In this document: in pieces, positions 1 through 10,200 of the stretch
Numbering within the stretch: the stretch's first letter is position 1
How the letters are laid out: each line of letters starts with the position of its first letter
Source of the DNA: Vicugna vicugna
Taxonomy: Eukaryota
Assembly: GCA_013265495.1 (NCBI GenBank)
Contig: MU058667.1
Coordinates: forward strand, 419,765 to 439,764
Reading direction: 5' to 3'
Length of the DNA stretch: 20,000 nt
Translations under genes and position numbers: made by a program
Notes under the pieces: model-generated
Databases searched by the model: none
Seen by the model: the letters and a program-made list of their open reading frames with translations, nothing else
What the model was told of the DNA's origin: nothing

Positions 1-1039
1 CTGTGGAAGGATTTCAGCAGAGACAGACTCAGAATTTATTTCTGCCTACTTTGCCCTCCTCCCTCCCACGCCCTTGACCAAGCTCTCCACAGCCGACCTT
101 CACAGCGTCCTCGTCCTCATCAGTCAGTCACTGCTGTGCCTTTTGCCTTCTCCCTCTTCTTGTTCCTCCACTCCCCACCTTCCCTCCAGTGGGCGCTCTT
201 CCAGGTGTCAAAGCTCCTGAGAAGTTTTGGTAGAACAAAAACTTGGGAGTTCTGAGAGTGCAAAATCACCTCAGAGAGTGAACTGTTCAGGCTGAAAAAG
301 GAGTAGAGAGACCCTGGGAGTAAAAAAAGTTGCAGCCAATGCTCTGAGCCTGTCAGCCTGCAGACTCACTTCCCCAGAGAAAGGGGATGAACTGGCGCGG
401 GCTCCTCAAAGAGCATCAAGCAGGGGCCAGGAGCCAGGAGGCCTGCATGGCTCTCCTACCTGTGGGCCCGTGCCTCAGTTTCCCTTCTGAAAAGAATTTT
501 TCAAAATCCAATGGTCTTAGTAGTAGCTTAACTTTGCTGGTGAAGTAAAGCATTCGTTCACACACTCATTCCAGATTTATTGTTCACCTCCATTGTGGTC
601 AGTTTTGAGGATACAAAACATGAAAAGCCACATACATGCCTGTTCTCAACGGTAAGACAGACCATTGTGATTGTACGTAAATGGTGAAGCGGCCTCAGTC
701 TGCTCTTTCTCCCATGCAAGGTACTTGGGTCCAAATTGCTTTCAATATACTTTAGTCCTTACAGGAAAAGCCTTCTTTAAACTCAGTGGAAACTGGCCTA
801 TGTGCCTACACCGTTCCATCAGCCTGGAATGGTCTGTCCCAATGGTTTGCCCAAGACCTGTGTCGATTTCAAGTCTCAGCCCAAGAGCTGTGACAAACCT
901 TGTGAAGCTTCCTTGTATGAGCAAGGCAAGCTTGAGGGCTCCTTCCACTCCATGCCCATGGCATGGGGTCCTTCATTTCAGCATTTTCTCATCAGGTAAT
1001 AGTAACACTGACATGTCTGCTGTGAGCTCTGGAGGGGGA

Positions 1040-1130
1040 GGTGCCTTTCCTCGAGTCTTCAGCTCCCAGCAGAGGACCTGGCACATAGCATGTGCTCATT
1101 AAATTCACAACTGAATGGAAATGAATAAAG
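1040..1130 (+). mobile_element. LINE-2 (L2) 3' end fragment
   Basis: 'cccagcagaggacctggcacatagcatgtgctcattaaatt...gaatggaaatgaataaa' resembles the L2 3' terminus (cctggcacatagtaggtgctcaataaat...gaatgaatgaa). Boundaries approximate. Confidence 0.6.
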
Positions 1131-2009
1131 GGGCTGGGCCCATTTGCTTGGGCAGATGTACACCTCACGTTCCATGTCACTAGTCAAGTCCCCAAACCTG
1201 GTGGGCAGGGAGGTAAGGCGTGCACACATCTGCAAATAGCTGTGTTGAGTCTTTAGGGAGAAAGTACAGAAAGGTAGATGCAAACTAGATCCAAGTACCA
1301 AGAACCACAGAGTCTATGGGAGAGTTTCCAGTTAATCCCATTGAGAATTTAAGAAGGGGTGTTTAAAGTCGGACAGTGACACCTAGTGGTGGAAGAACGA
1401 TCATACAGATTCAGGAGGAATGTTGCCTAAAGCTCCCAGAGGAGCTATCCCAGCTGAGTTGTCTTCAGTGGCCTCCTGGCTGCCTGGTGCGGAGTTCAGG
1501 CTGGTGGAAAGTCTCTGTGGCTCCCCTGACTCCAGCTTTCCGCAATTTCTGCTTTTCTGATGCACATGTATATTTCTCTTTCAGCCAAGGTGTCTGTCTG
1601 CTTGTGTTTCTGGTTGGCTTCTCCCTGAGACACATATTCTCTCATCATTCCCCAGCTCCTCTTCCCCTACAGGCTGTCCCAGGCTCCATGGTAGGGACAA
1701 GCAGGGAGTAGGTATCTCCTGTTTCAAGCAAAACTTGCCACTGCAAGCACAGAATGGAAAACAGTTTGCTCTAAACTTGCTAAAAAGTGCATGTGGAAAG
1801 CTGTCATATCAAGGCAGTCTAGGGAAATGCTCTTGCTGCTTCTCTAGAGTCCTCCACTTTGGTCAATGTTTGGTTATTCCTTCTTGCAGTGGATAGAATT
1901 CTTACTTTATTTAGTGACTTTTTTCTAATATACAGGAAAGTGTAGGCATTTTATGACATGAAGGTACACAGAAAGTGACCACATGCAAAAATGCCTTGTT
2001 CGTCATTCT

Positions 2010-2151
2010 GTTTAGGAAACACTTGCACTGTGCTAAATACTTCATGTGCACTTTATCATTAAACATGTCCACTCAGAGGTAGATAATTTTATTACCCCAA
2101 TTTGCAGTTAAGAAAACCTAGGCTCAGCTATTTGCCGAAAATCACACAGCA
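2010..2151 (-). mobile_element. MIR SINE fragment
   Basis: 'gcactgtgctaaatacttcatgtgcactttatcatt...attaccccaatttgcagttaagaaaacctaggctcag...atcacacagc' matches the reverse-complement MIR core (attatccccattttacagatgaggaaactgaggctcag...gtcacacagc). Confidence 0.7.
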
Positions 2152-2153
2152 GG

Positions 2154-2235
2154 TTGTAAGGTTCTTGGGGGCAGGAACCTTGCGTTATTTCCTGCTATGC
2201 CATTTGCCTGGTACATGACAGGGCCAATAATGGTT
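2154..2235 (+). mobile_element. L2 3' fragment
   Basis: 'tgtaaggttcttgggggcaggaacct...tgcctggtacatgacagggccaataa' resembles the L2 3' region (tgtaagctccttgagggcagggacc...tgcctggcacatagtaggtgctcaataa). Confidence 0.5.
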
Positions 2236-2538
2236 AATGACAATGGTGAAGGTGATGATGACTAACAACAACTTGTGACTAAGACGAGAGGTCTCCCTTA
2301 AACCATTTACTCCTTTACTCTGTCCCCAGGAGCAACTGTAATAGGGAGGAACAAATCTGACTCTGTATTAGATCTGTTCCTTTGGCTCTAACCCTGTGCT
2401 CTATTTTCTGTGCTGCTGGGTCTGTACCTTTTGGAAAAGAATGTTTTCCTGAAATATACAGGATAGCCTATTTCCAAAGCTCTGACTTTAAAGCATATAG
2501 CACTTTCCCATCCATATAAAGATAACAAGTTTCAGAAT

Positions 2539-2555
2539 AGAAAATAACCCTTGTC
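2539..2555 (+). repeat. L1 target-site duplication, left copy (AGAAAATAACCCTTGTC)
   Basis: Identical 17-mer at 2539-2555 and 5629-5645; its A-rich start fits L1 endonuclease preference. Confidence 0.95.
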
Positions 2556-4486
2556 ATAATAAAAGCTATATATGACAAACCTATAGCCAGCACAGTACTC
2601 AATGGTGAAAAATTCTAAAGCTTCCCACTAAAATCTGGGACAAGACAAGGATGCCTACTATCACCACTCCTATCAACATAGTCTTGGAAGTCCTAGCCAC
2701 ACCACAGCAATCAGGCAAGAGAGAGAAATAAAAGGGATCCAAATTGGAAAAGAAGAGGTCACTATATGCAGATGACATGATACTATATATAGAAAACCCT
2801 AAAAGGTCTACACAAAAACTGCTAGAAATAATCGAAAAATTCAGCAAGGTAGCAGGTTACAAGATTAATGTTCAAAAGTCAGTTGCATTTCTTTACACTA
2901 ACGATGAATCAACAGAAAAAGAAAGTAAAGAAACAATCCCCTTTAAAATATAGCACCCAATAAAATACCTAGGAGTAAATCTAACCAAGGAGGTGAAAGA
3001 ATTATACATGGAAAACTATAAAACACTGATGAAGGCAATTAAAGAAGACTTAAAAAAGTGGAAAGATATCCCATGCTTCTGGCTTGGAAGAATCAATATT
3101 GTTAAAATGGTCACACTGCCCAAGGCAATGTACAGATTTAATGCAATCCCTATCAAATTACCCAGGATATATTTCACAGAACTAGAACAAATCATAATCA
3201 AATTTATATGGAATCACAAAAGACCTAGAAATGCCAAAGCATTACTGAAGAAAAAGAAAAAGGCTGGAGGAGTAACTCTGCCAGACTTCAGACAACACTA
3301 TAGAGCTACAGTCATCAAAACAGCATGGTATTGGTACAAAAACAGACATATAGACCAATGGAACAGAACAGAGAGCCCAGAAATGAACCCACAAACTTTT
3401 GGTCAACTCATCTTCGACAAAGGAAGCAAGAATATACAATGGAATAAAGACAGTCTCTTCAGAAAATGGTGTTGGGAAAACTGGACAGCAGCATGTAAAG
3501 CAATGAAGCTAGAACACTCCCTTACATCATACACAGAAATCAACTCAAAACGGATCAAAGTCTTAAACGTAAGACAAGATACAATAAACCTCCTAGAGGA
3601 AAATATAGGCAAAACATTATCTGACATACATCTCAAAAATGTTATCCTAGGGCAGTCTACCCAAGCAATAGAAGTAAAAGCAAGAATAAACAAATGGGAC
3701 CTAATGAAACTTACAGGCTTCTGCACAGCAAAGGAAAGCAAAAGTAAAACAAGAAGACAACCTACGGAATGGGAGAAAATTTTTGCAAATGAAACCGACA
3801 AAGGCTTGATATCCAGAATATATAAGCAGCTCATACAACTCAATAAGAAAAAAATAAACAACCCAACCCAAAAATGGGCAGAAGACCTAAACAAGCAATT
3901 CTCCAAGGAAGACATACAAATGATCAAAAGGCACATGAAAAAATGCTCAATATCACTAATTATCAGAGAAATGCAAATCAAAACTACAGTGAGGTATCAC
4001 CTCACACCAGTCAGAATGGCCATCATTCAAAAATCCACAAATGACAAATGCTGGAGAGGCTGTGGAGAAAGGGGAACCCTCCTACACTGCTGGTGGGAAT
4101 GCAGTTTGGTGCAGCCACTATGGAAAACAGTGTGGAGATTCCTCAAAAGACTAGGAATAGACTTACCATATGACCCAGGAATCCCACTCCTGGGCTTGTA
4201 TCCAGAAGGATACAAGCTACTTCAGGATGACACCTGCACCCCAATGTTCATAGCAGCACTATTTACAATAGCCAAAACATGGAAACAGCCTAAATGTCCA
4301 TCAACAGGTGACTGGATAAAGAAGATGTGGTATATTTTTACAATGGAATACTACTCAGCCATAAAAACCGACAACATAATGCCAATTGCAGCAACATGGA
4401 TGCTCCTGGAGAATGTCATTCTAAGCGAAGTAAGCCAGAAAGAGAAAGAAAAATACCATATGAGATCGCTCATATGTGGAATCTAA
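2556..4486 (+). pseudogene. L1 ORF2p remnant (partial RT plus C-terminal Cys-rich region); open from 2954 to 4486, disrupted upstream
   Basis: Stops at 2616-2618 and 2951-2953; apparent frameshifts near 2672, 2697 and 2757. No endonuclease domain or promoter. The 497-aa ORF 2993-4486 is uninterrupted and ends at the normal ORF2 stop (SLICGI*). Confidence 0.92.
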
Positions 4487-4522
4487 AAAACAAAAACAAA
4501 CAAACAAACAAACAAAAACAAA
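4486..4522 (+). repeat. (AAAC)n-type microsatellite in the L1 3' UTR
   Basis: aaaaacaaaaacaaacaaacaaacaaacaaaaacaaa directly after the ORF2 stop. Confidence 0.85.
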
Positions 4523-4810
4523 GCGTAAATACAGGACAGAAATAGACAGACAGAGAATACAGACTCGTCGTTGCCAGGGGGGTGGAGGGTGGGAAGGGAT
4601 AGACTGGGATTTCAAAATTATAGAATAGATAAACAAGATTACACTGTATAGCACAGGAAAATATACACTAAATGTTATGATAACTCACAGAAAAAATGTG
4701 ACAATGAGTGTGTATATGTCCATGAACGGCTGAAAAATTGTGCTGAACTCTGGCATTTGACACAACATTGTAAAGTGATTATAGATCAATAAAAACTGTT
4801 AAAAAAAAAA

Positions 4811-5628
4811 CTACAATGAGGTATCACCTCACACCAGTCAGAATGATCATCATTCAGAAGTCCACAAATAACAAATGCTGGAGAGGCTGTGGAGAAAGGG
4901 GAACCCTCCTTCACTGCTGGTAGGAAGGCAGTTTGGTGCAGCCACTGTGGAAAACAGCATGGAGATTCCTACAAAGACTAGGAACAGACTTACCATGTCA
5001 CCCAGGAATCCTGCTCCTGGGCATATATCCAGAAGGAACCCTACTTCAAAATGATACATGCACCCCAATGTTCATAGCAGCACTATTTACAATAGCCAAG
5101 ACATGGAAACAGCCTAAATGTCCATCAACAGGTGACTGGATAAGGAAGATGTGGTATATTTATACAATGGAATACTATTCAGCCATAAAAAGCAACAACA
5201 GAAAGCCATTTGCAGCAACATGGATGTTCCTGGAGAATGTCATTCTAAGTGAAGTAAGCCAGAAAGAGAAAGAAAAATACCATATGAGATTGCTTATATG
5301 TGGAATCTAAAAAAAAAAGAAAAAAACAGAAATACAAAACAGAAATAGACTCAAAGACATAGAATACAAACTTGTGGTTGCTAGGGGGGTGGGGGTTGGG
5401 AAGGGACAGACTGGGATTTCAAAATGTAGAACAGATAAACAAGATTATACTGTATAGCACAAGGAAATATATACAAAATCTTGTGGTGGCTCACAGCAAA
5501 AGAGAATGTGACAATGAATGTATGTATGTTCACGTATAACTGAAAAATTGTGCTCTACACTGGAATTTGACACAACATTATAAAATGACTATAACTCAAA
5601 AAAAATGTTGAAATGTGGGGGAAAAAAA
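4811..5628 (+). mobile_element. Second LINE-1 3' end (ORF2 C-terminus plus 3' UTR) in tandem with the first
   Basis: Aligns to 3984-4810 (ctacaatgaggtatcacctcacaccagtcagaatg vs ctacagtgaggtatcacctcacaccagtcagaatg), with many substitutions and a clearly different 3' UTR. A TGG>TAG stop lies at about 4921. ORF 4933-5310 ends LLICGI*. An A-rich tail runs into the right TSD. Confidence 0.96.
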
Positions 5629-5645
5629 AGAAAATAACCCTTGTC
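5629..5645 (+). repeat. L1 target-site duplication, right copy
   Basis: AGAAAATAACCCTTGTC, identical to 2539-2555. Confidence 0.95.
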
Positions 5646-6128
5646 TTGTTGGAGGTTTACAGGAACACCATGACCTGACCTACGTGGACAGCTGTAAGAA
5701 CAAAAGATTCTGAGACCAAGAAGTTTGCAACGACCAACCACACCCCTTCCCCTTCTTAGTGTAAAACAAGCCTAAATTCTGATTTGGGGAAGATGGTTCT
5801 CCAGAACATTAGTCTGCCATTTTCTTGGTCTGTTGGCTTTCTGAATAGTCATTATTCCTTGCCCCAACACCTCACCTCTCAAATTACTGGCCTGTCGTGC
5901 AGCGAGCAAAGCAAGTTTGGACTCAGTAACATAATCTGGACAAGAATCCTCTCACTGGGGCTCTTTGGAATATGCCTCACCTTCCCGCCATGTCTGGGAA
6001 AGGTGACCATGTCCTCACAGAAAGAGCTGAGGGGTCGGGAGGAGGGGAGAAGGGAAGGGCAACCAGGAACGCTCAGGAGGTAAGGAGAAGTTGGTAAGTG
6101 GATAGAGGGAGACATGATTGTCAGGCAT

Positions 6129-6541
6129 TGTTATGGGTTGATTATATGTGCCCCTCCCTGCAATTCCTATGTTGAAGTTCTAACTCCCCGTACCTCACAA
6201 TGTGACCTTATTTGGATACAGGGATTTTTCAAAGGTAATCAAATTAAAATAAGGTCATTAGGATGGGCCCCAGTCCGATTTTACTATAAAAAAGGGAAAT
6301 TTGGAGGCAGACCCATCCAGATGGAAGATCATGAGTAGAGCCCTAGGGAGAAGATGGCCCATCCACAGCCAAGGAGAGATCCCAGAACAGATTCCTCCCT
6401 CACAGCCCTCAGAAGGAACCAGCCCTGCCAATGCCTTCAACTCAGACTTCCAGCCTCCAGAACCATGAGACAATGACTTTCTGTTGTTTAAGGCACCCAG
6501 TCTGTGGTCCTTCATTATGGAAGCCCTAGCAAACCAGGACA
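6129..6541 (+). mobile_element. ERVL-MaLR solo LTR, MLT1B-like
   Basis: Starts tgttatgggttg and ends gcagccctagcaaac..aca-like ('ggaagccctagcaaaccaggaca'). Diagnostic internal motifs: atgttgaagttctaac, atgtgaccttatttgga, cacagccctcagaaggaacca, ccagcctccagaac, ttctgttgtttaag. 5-bp TSD ggcat/gacat (4/5 match). Confidence 0.92.
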
Positions 6542-7254
6542 GACATCCGGGACTGACAAGTGATCTGCCAGGAGCCCCAGCTTCCAGAATGTAATAGCAT
6601 CATTAAAGATGCCAGAGACGGCTGGCTCCCCCAGAGGCAGAGAGCGAGGGCTTCGTGCCTGCTCAGACAGCCTGCAGGGCCCCACCCTGTTAACATTTAC
6701 TCCAGGCCTGTCACAGCAGAGTGAATGCGGATGTTCTTTTTAAGCCTGTCAACTTCCTAATCTAGTTCCACCCCCACTACCCTGCCTCGTGATGAATTTC
6801 TGGCCATCAGTCACTCTTTCAGGCCTGACCTCTGACGCCCTCTTACAAAGAGATTTTTCATCATACACAACTCTATTAGTCTTAAATGTATTTGAAGTAT
6901 TGCTTCCTAGGGCACATAGTTTTATAAAAAATAGCGCTGTTTTAGCACAGGCCCTTGTCCCCTTCTTCAGGGGAAAGCTGACACTCTATCCTCCACCACA
7001 AAATTCCTCTGAGTTCTGTTGGACAGAAAGGTTACTGAGGAAGAGTGAGCTCCCTGAGGAAGGAGTCACCTGTGGCCCACGGAGTTGAGGGGCAGGGCTC
7101 TGCAGGCTATGGGTGGGCCTTGGGAATAGGAAGCCAAGGCAGATTAAACGTTTTGCCTCAGAAGGGAGTATTTTCACAAATTCTACATGCCATTCTGGCT
7201 GGAGTGTCCCTCTGCCTACATGTAGAGCCATTTCTGGAAGCTTCTTGGGAACCT

Positions 7255-9253
7255 TTTTATTTAACTTTTTCCTTCCAGTTTTATTGAGATATAATAGACA
7301 TACAGCACTGTATAAGTTTAAGGTGTACAGTATGATTTAATTTACATGCATCATGAAGAAATTATTCCTGTAAGTGTAGTGAACATCCATCACCTCATAC
7401 AGATAGAAAATCAAGGAAATAGAAAAACATTTTCTCTTGTGATGAGAATTCTTAGGATTTACTCTCTGAACAACTTTCACATATAACATCAGCAGTATTT
7501 ATCTTATTTATCACCTTGTACACTACATTCCTAGTATTTATTTATCTTATAACTTTATTGGAGGTTTGTATCTTTTGACCATCTTCATGCAACTCCCCCT
7601 CCCTCTTCCCCCACCTCTGGTAACCACAAATCTATTTTTCTACAAATTTGTTTTTGAAGTATAATTGACCTACAACACTATGTTAGTTCCTGAGGTACAA
7701 CATAGTGATTCAATATTTCTATATATTTCAAAATGATCACCACTACCATAAATCTAGTTACAATACGTCACCATGCAAAGATATTACATAGTTACTGACT
7801 ATATTTCCCACACTGTACATTTCTTACCCATGACTCATTTATTTTGCAACCGGAAGTTTGTACCTCTTAATCTCTCTCACCTATTTCTTTCCTCCCCTTA
7901 CCACCCTCCCCTTTGGCAACAACCTGTTTGTTCTCTGTTCTGTTTTGTTATGTTTGTTCTTTTTTTTTTTAAGGTTCCACATACAAGTGAACTCATATAG
8001 TATTTGTCTTTCTCTGACTTATTTCACTGAGCATAATACCCTTCAGGTCCATACATGTTGTCAAAAATGGCAAGATTTCATCGTTTTTTATATCTGAGTA
8101 GTAGTCTCTCTCTCCCTATGTATATATATTTATATATATATATATAATATATATATATATGTATGTGTATATATATATATATACATATAATGTATACACA
8201 CACACACCGCCCCCTCACATCTTCTTTATCCATTCATCTATTGATGGGCAATACTGCAATGAACACAGGGATGCATATATCCTTTCTAATTGGTGTTTCT
8301 GTTTTCTTTGGATAAATACCCAGGAGTAAAATTGCTGGATCATATGGTAGTTCTATTTTTAATTTTTTGAGGAATCTCTATACTGTTTTCCACAGTAGCT
8401 GCACCGATTACATTCCTACCCACAGTGCACAAAGGTCCCCTTTTCTTCACATCCTCGCCAGGACTTATTATTTGTTGTGTTTTTGATAATAGCCATTCTG
8501 ACAGGTGTGAGGTGATATCTCATTGTGGTTTTGATTTGCATTTCCCTGATAATTAATGATGCTGAGCATCCTTTCCTGTGCCCGTTGGCCATCTCTATAT
8601 CATCCTTCGAAAAATGTCTATTGAGATCCTCTGCCCATTTTTAAAATCAGGTTGTACTTTTGACACTGAGTTGTATAAACTCTTTGTATATTTTGGATAC
8701 TAACCTGATGTTGTTGACAAATACATTCCCCCATTCAGTAAGTAGCCTTTTGGTTTTCTTGATAGTTTCCCTTTGCTGTGCAAAAGCTTTTTAGTTTGAT
8801 GTAGTCCCATTTGTTTATTTTTGCTTTTGCTTCCCTTGCCTGAGGAGCTGTATCCAAAAATGTATTACTAAGGCCAATGTCAAAAAGCATACTGCCTGTG
8901 TTTTCTGCTAGAAGTTTTGTGGTTTCAGACTTTACATTTAAATCTTTAATTCATTTTGAATTTACTTTTGTGCATGGTGTGATAGAGTAGGTCAGCTTGA
9001 TTCTTTTACATGTAGCTGTCCAGTTTTCCCAATTCCATTTATTGAAGAGGCTGTCTTTTACCCACTGTATATTCTCACCTCCTTTGTTGTAGATTAATTG
9101 CCCATAGAAGTGTGGGTTCACTTCTCGGCTCTCTACTCTGTTCGATTGATTTATGTGTCTGTTTTTGTGCCAGTACCATACTGTTTTGATAACGGTAACT
9201 TTGTAGTACAGTTTGAAATCAGGAAGCATGATACTCCAATTCTGTTCTTCTTT
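7255..9253 (-). mobile_element. Older 5'-truncated LINE-1 (antisense): ORF2 3' part plus long 3' UTR
   Basis: Minus-strand ORF 8951-9229 ([30 protein letters not shown]) is L1 ORF2. Reverse-complement L1 motifs occur throughout 8220-9250 (gatatctcattgtggttttgatttgcatttccctgat). T-rich 3' end at about 7255-7285. The ORF is decayed, with a small deletion near 8250. Confidence 0.93.
8105..8207. repeat. Compound (CT)n-(TA)n-(CA)n microsatellite inside the antisense L1
   Basis: tctctctctc...tatatatatttatatatatatatataatatatatatatatgtatgtgtatatatatatatatacatataatgtatacacacacacac. Confidence 0.95.
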
Positions 9254-9419
9254 GGCAATTTCTTTACTTTACTCATCTTATAAAACAACCATTTATCTTT
9301 TTGGGCAGGAGGATTTCTGTGGAGGAATATTTTACCTTTTTCAGTGATAGAAGTAAGCACTGTCAGGTGGTCTGCAGAGATAGTAAAGGTTTCTCATTGC
9401 CATTTGTCTTCTAGATGAG

Positions 9420-9585
9420 TTCTTCCTGTAGACTGGCTGCATTAGGAATACCTCAGAGTTTAGACAGTACATATTCCTGGGTTCTTACTCCCTAAGATAT
9501 TGATTGAGGAGTCTGGGCTTATATCTAGGAATTTGTATTTTAAAATATCCTCAGGTGACTGTCATAGGCAACCAGGCATGGGAAA
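9420..9585. mobile_element. hAT-Charlie MITE, MER5-family-like
   Basis: 'ctggctgcattaggaatacctc...attcctggg...gagtctggg...aggaatttgtattttaaaatatcctcaggtgact...caaccaggcatgggaa' follows the palindromic MER5 layout. Confidence 0.65.
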
Positions 9586-9624
9586 GTCAATGCCTCATTT
9601 GTACATTGCTATTCTACCTCAGAT

Positions 9625-10200
9625 CTTCAACAGATGTTCACTGACCACTTTCCCTGCTCCAGAAACTGATCAAAGGCACAATTTTTGTTCTCAGGTATTC
9701 CACAGTTTAATGGGAAAGACAAACTGGTAACAGACATTTAACACATAGTGTCATAACTGCTTGAGTAGAATTGAGCCCAGGAGGACTGAGAGCATTAAAT
9801 CTTCTTTGTGGGTGGAGGTGAGAGAGGGGTTAGAGCACTGGTTTTCAATCAGGGGTGATTTATCCCCAGGAGATATGTGGTAATGTCTGGAGACATTTTT
9901 GGCTGCCAAGTTGGAAGGGATGATGCTAAAATCTAGTGGGCACGGGCCAGAGAAGGATGCTCCTAAACATCCTATAATGCAGAAAGCATTCCACAGCCAA
10001 GAACTTGTTTGGCCCCAAGTGCCAACAGCAGCACTGAGCTTGAGAAACCCTGGGTCAGGGAAAGTGTCTAAGAATTGAAATTGACAAAGCACCCAAGGTG
10101 GGGATTTGGTGATTGAGAGGGTACTACAGGGCAGAGGAAACAGTGTGCCTGAAGGCCCAGAGGCTCTGGGCAGGTACATTCTGGGATCTGTGACAACATG
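9625..10200 (-). mobile_element. L2 fragment, interrupted by MER20
   Basis: 'ttcaacagatgttcactgacc...ttctcaggtattccacagtttaatgggaaagacaaac' before MER20 and 'ggtcagggaaag...gggcagaggaaacagtgtgcctgaaggcccagaggc' after it both match antisense L2. Confidence 0.6.
9836..10052 (+). mobile_element. MER20 (hAT-Charlie DNA transposon), full length
   Basis: Termini cactggttttcaa...ttgagaaaccctg; internal motifs aatgtctggagacatttttgg, atctagtggg, ctaaacatcctataatgca. 8-bp TSD ggttagag/ggtcaggg (6/8 match). Confidence 0.93.

Larger units (their letters stand above)
2556..4810 (+). mobile_element. 5'-truncated LINE-1: ORF2 from the RT domain to the C-terminus, 3' UTR, polyA
   Basis: Translates to IIKAIYDKP...SGTRQGCLLSPLL and [15 protein letters not shown] (L1 RT motifs). 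ORF 2993-4486 is clear L1 ORF2p ([48 protein letters not shown]). The 3' UTR has a G-rich tract at about 4577-4599, AATAAA at 4788-4793 and A10 at 4801-4810. Confidence 0.97.
2337..5931 (+). mobile_element. ERV1-class solo LTR (MER34-like, tentative), about 505 bp, split by an L1 insertion into 2337-2555 and 5646-5931
   Basis: Begins TGTAATAGGG (2337) and ends CTCAGTAACA (5931), giving TG...CA termini. The halves join seamlessly after removing the L1 and one TSD copy. The 3' half has a TATA-like 'agtgtaaaa', a degenerate polyA signal 'gaatagtc' and an ending ('gccccaacacctcacctctc...ggcctgtcgtgcagcgagca...ttggactcagtaaca') I associate with MER34-group LTRs. The 4-bp flanks caac/taat are only a degenerate TSD. 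Confidence 0.75.

Noticed and set aside
1..470. Minus-strand splice-like sites (gtgagt at about 364-369, ccacag at 1-6 and about 470)
   Set aside because: The intervening sequence gives no recognisable peptide; such motifs are expected by chance.
671..1711. ORFs 671-1102 (143 aa), 802-999 and 1376-1711
   Set aside because: No recognisable domain, the two longer ones have non-ATG starts, and there is no coherent splice structure; one runs into an L2 relic.
3016..5068. Several minus-strand ORFs (e.g. 3403-3981, 192 aa) rich in F/L/I/C/S
   Set aside because: Antisense shadows of A-rich L1 ORF2, a well-known source of spurious hydrophobic ORFs.
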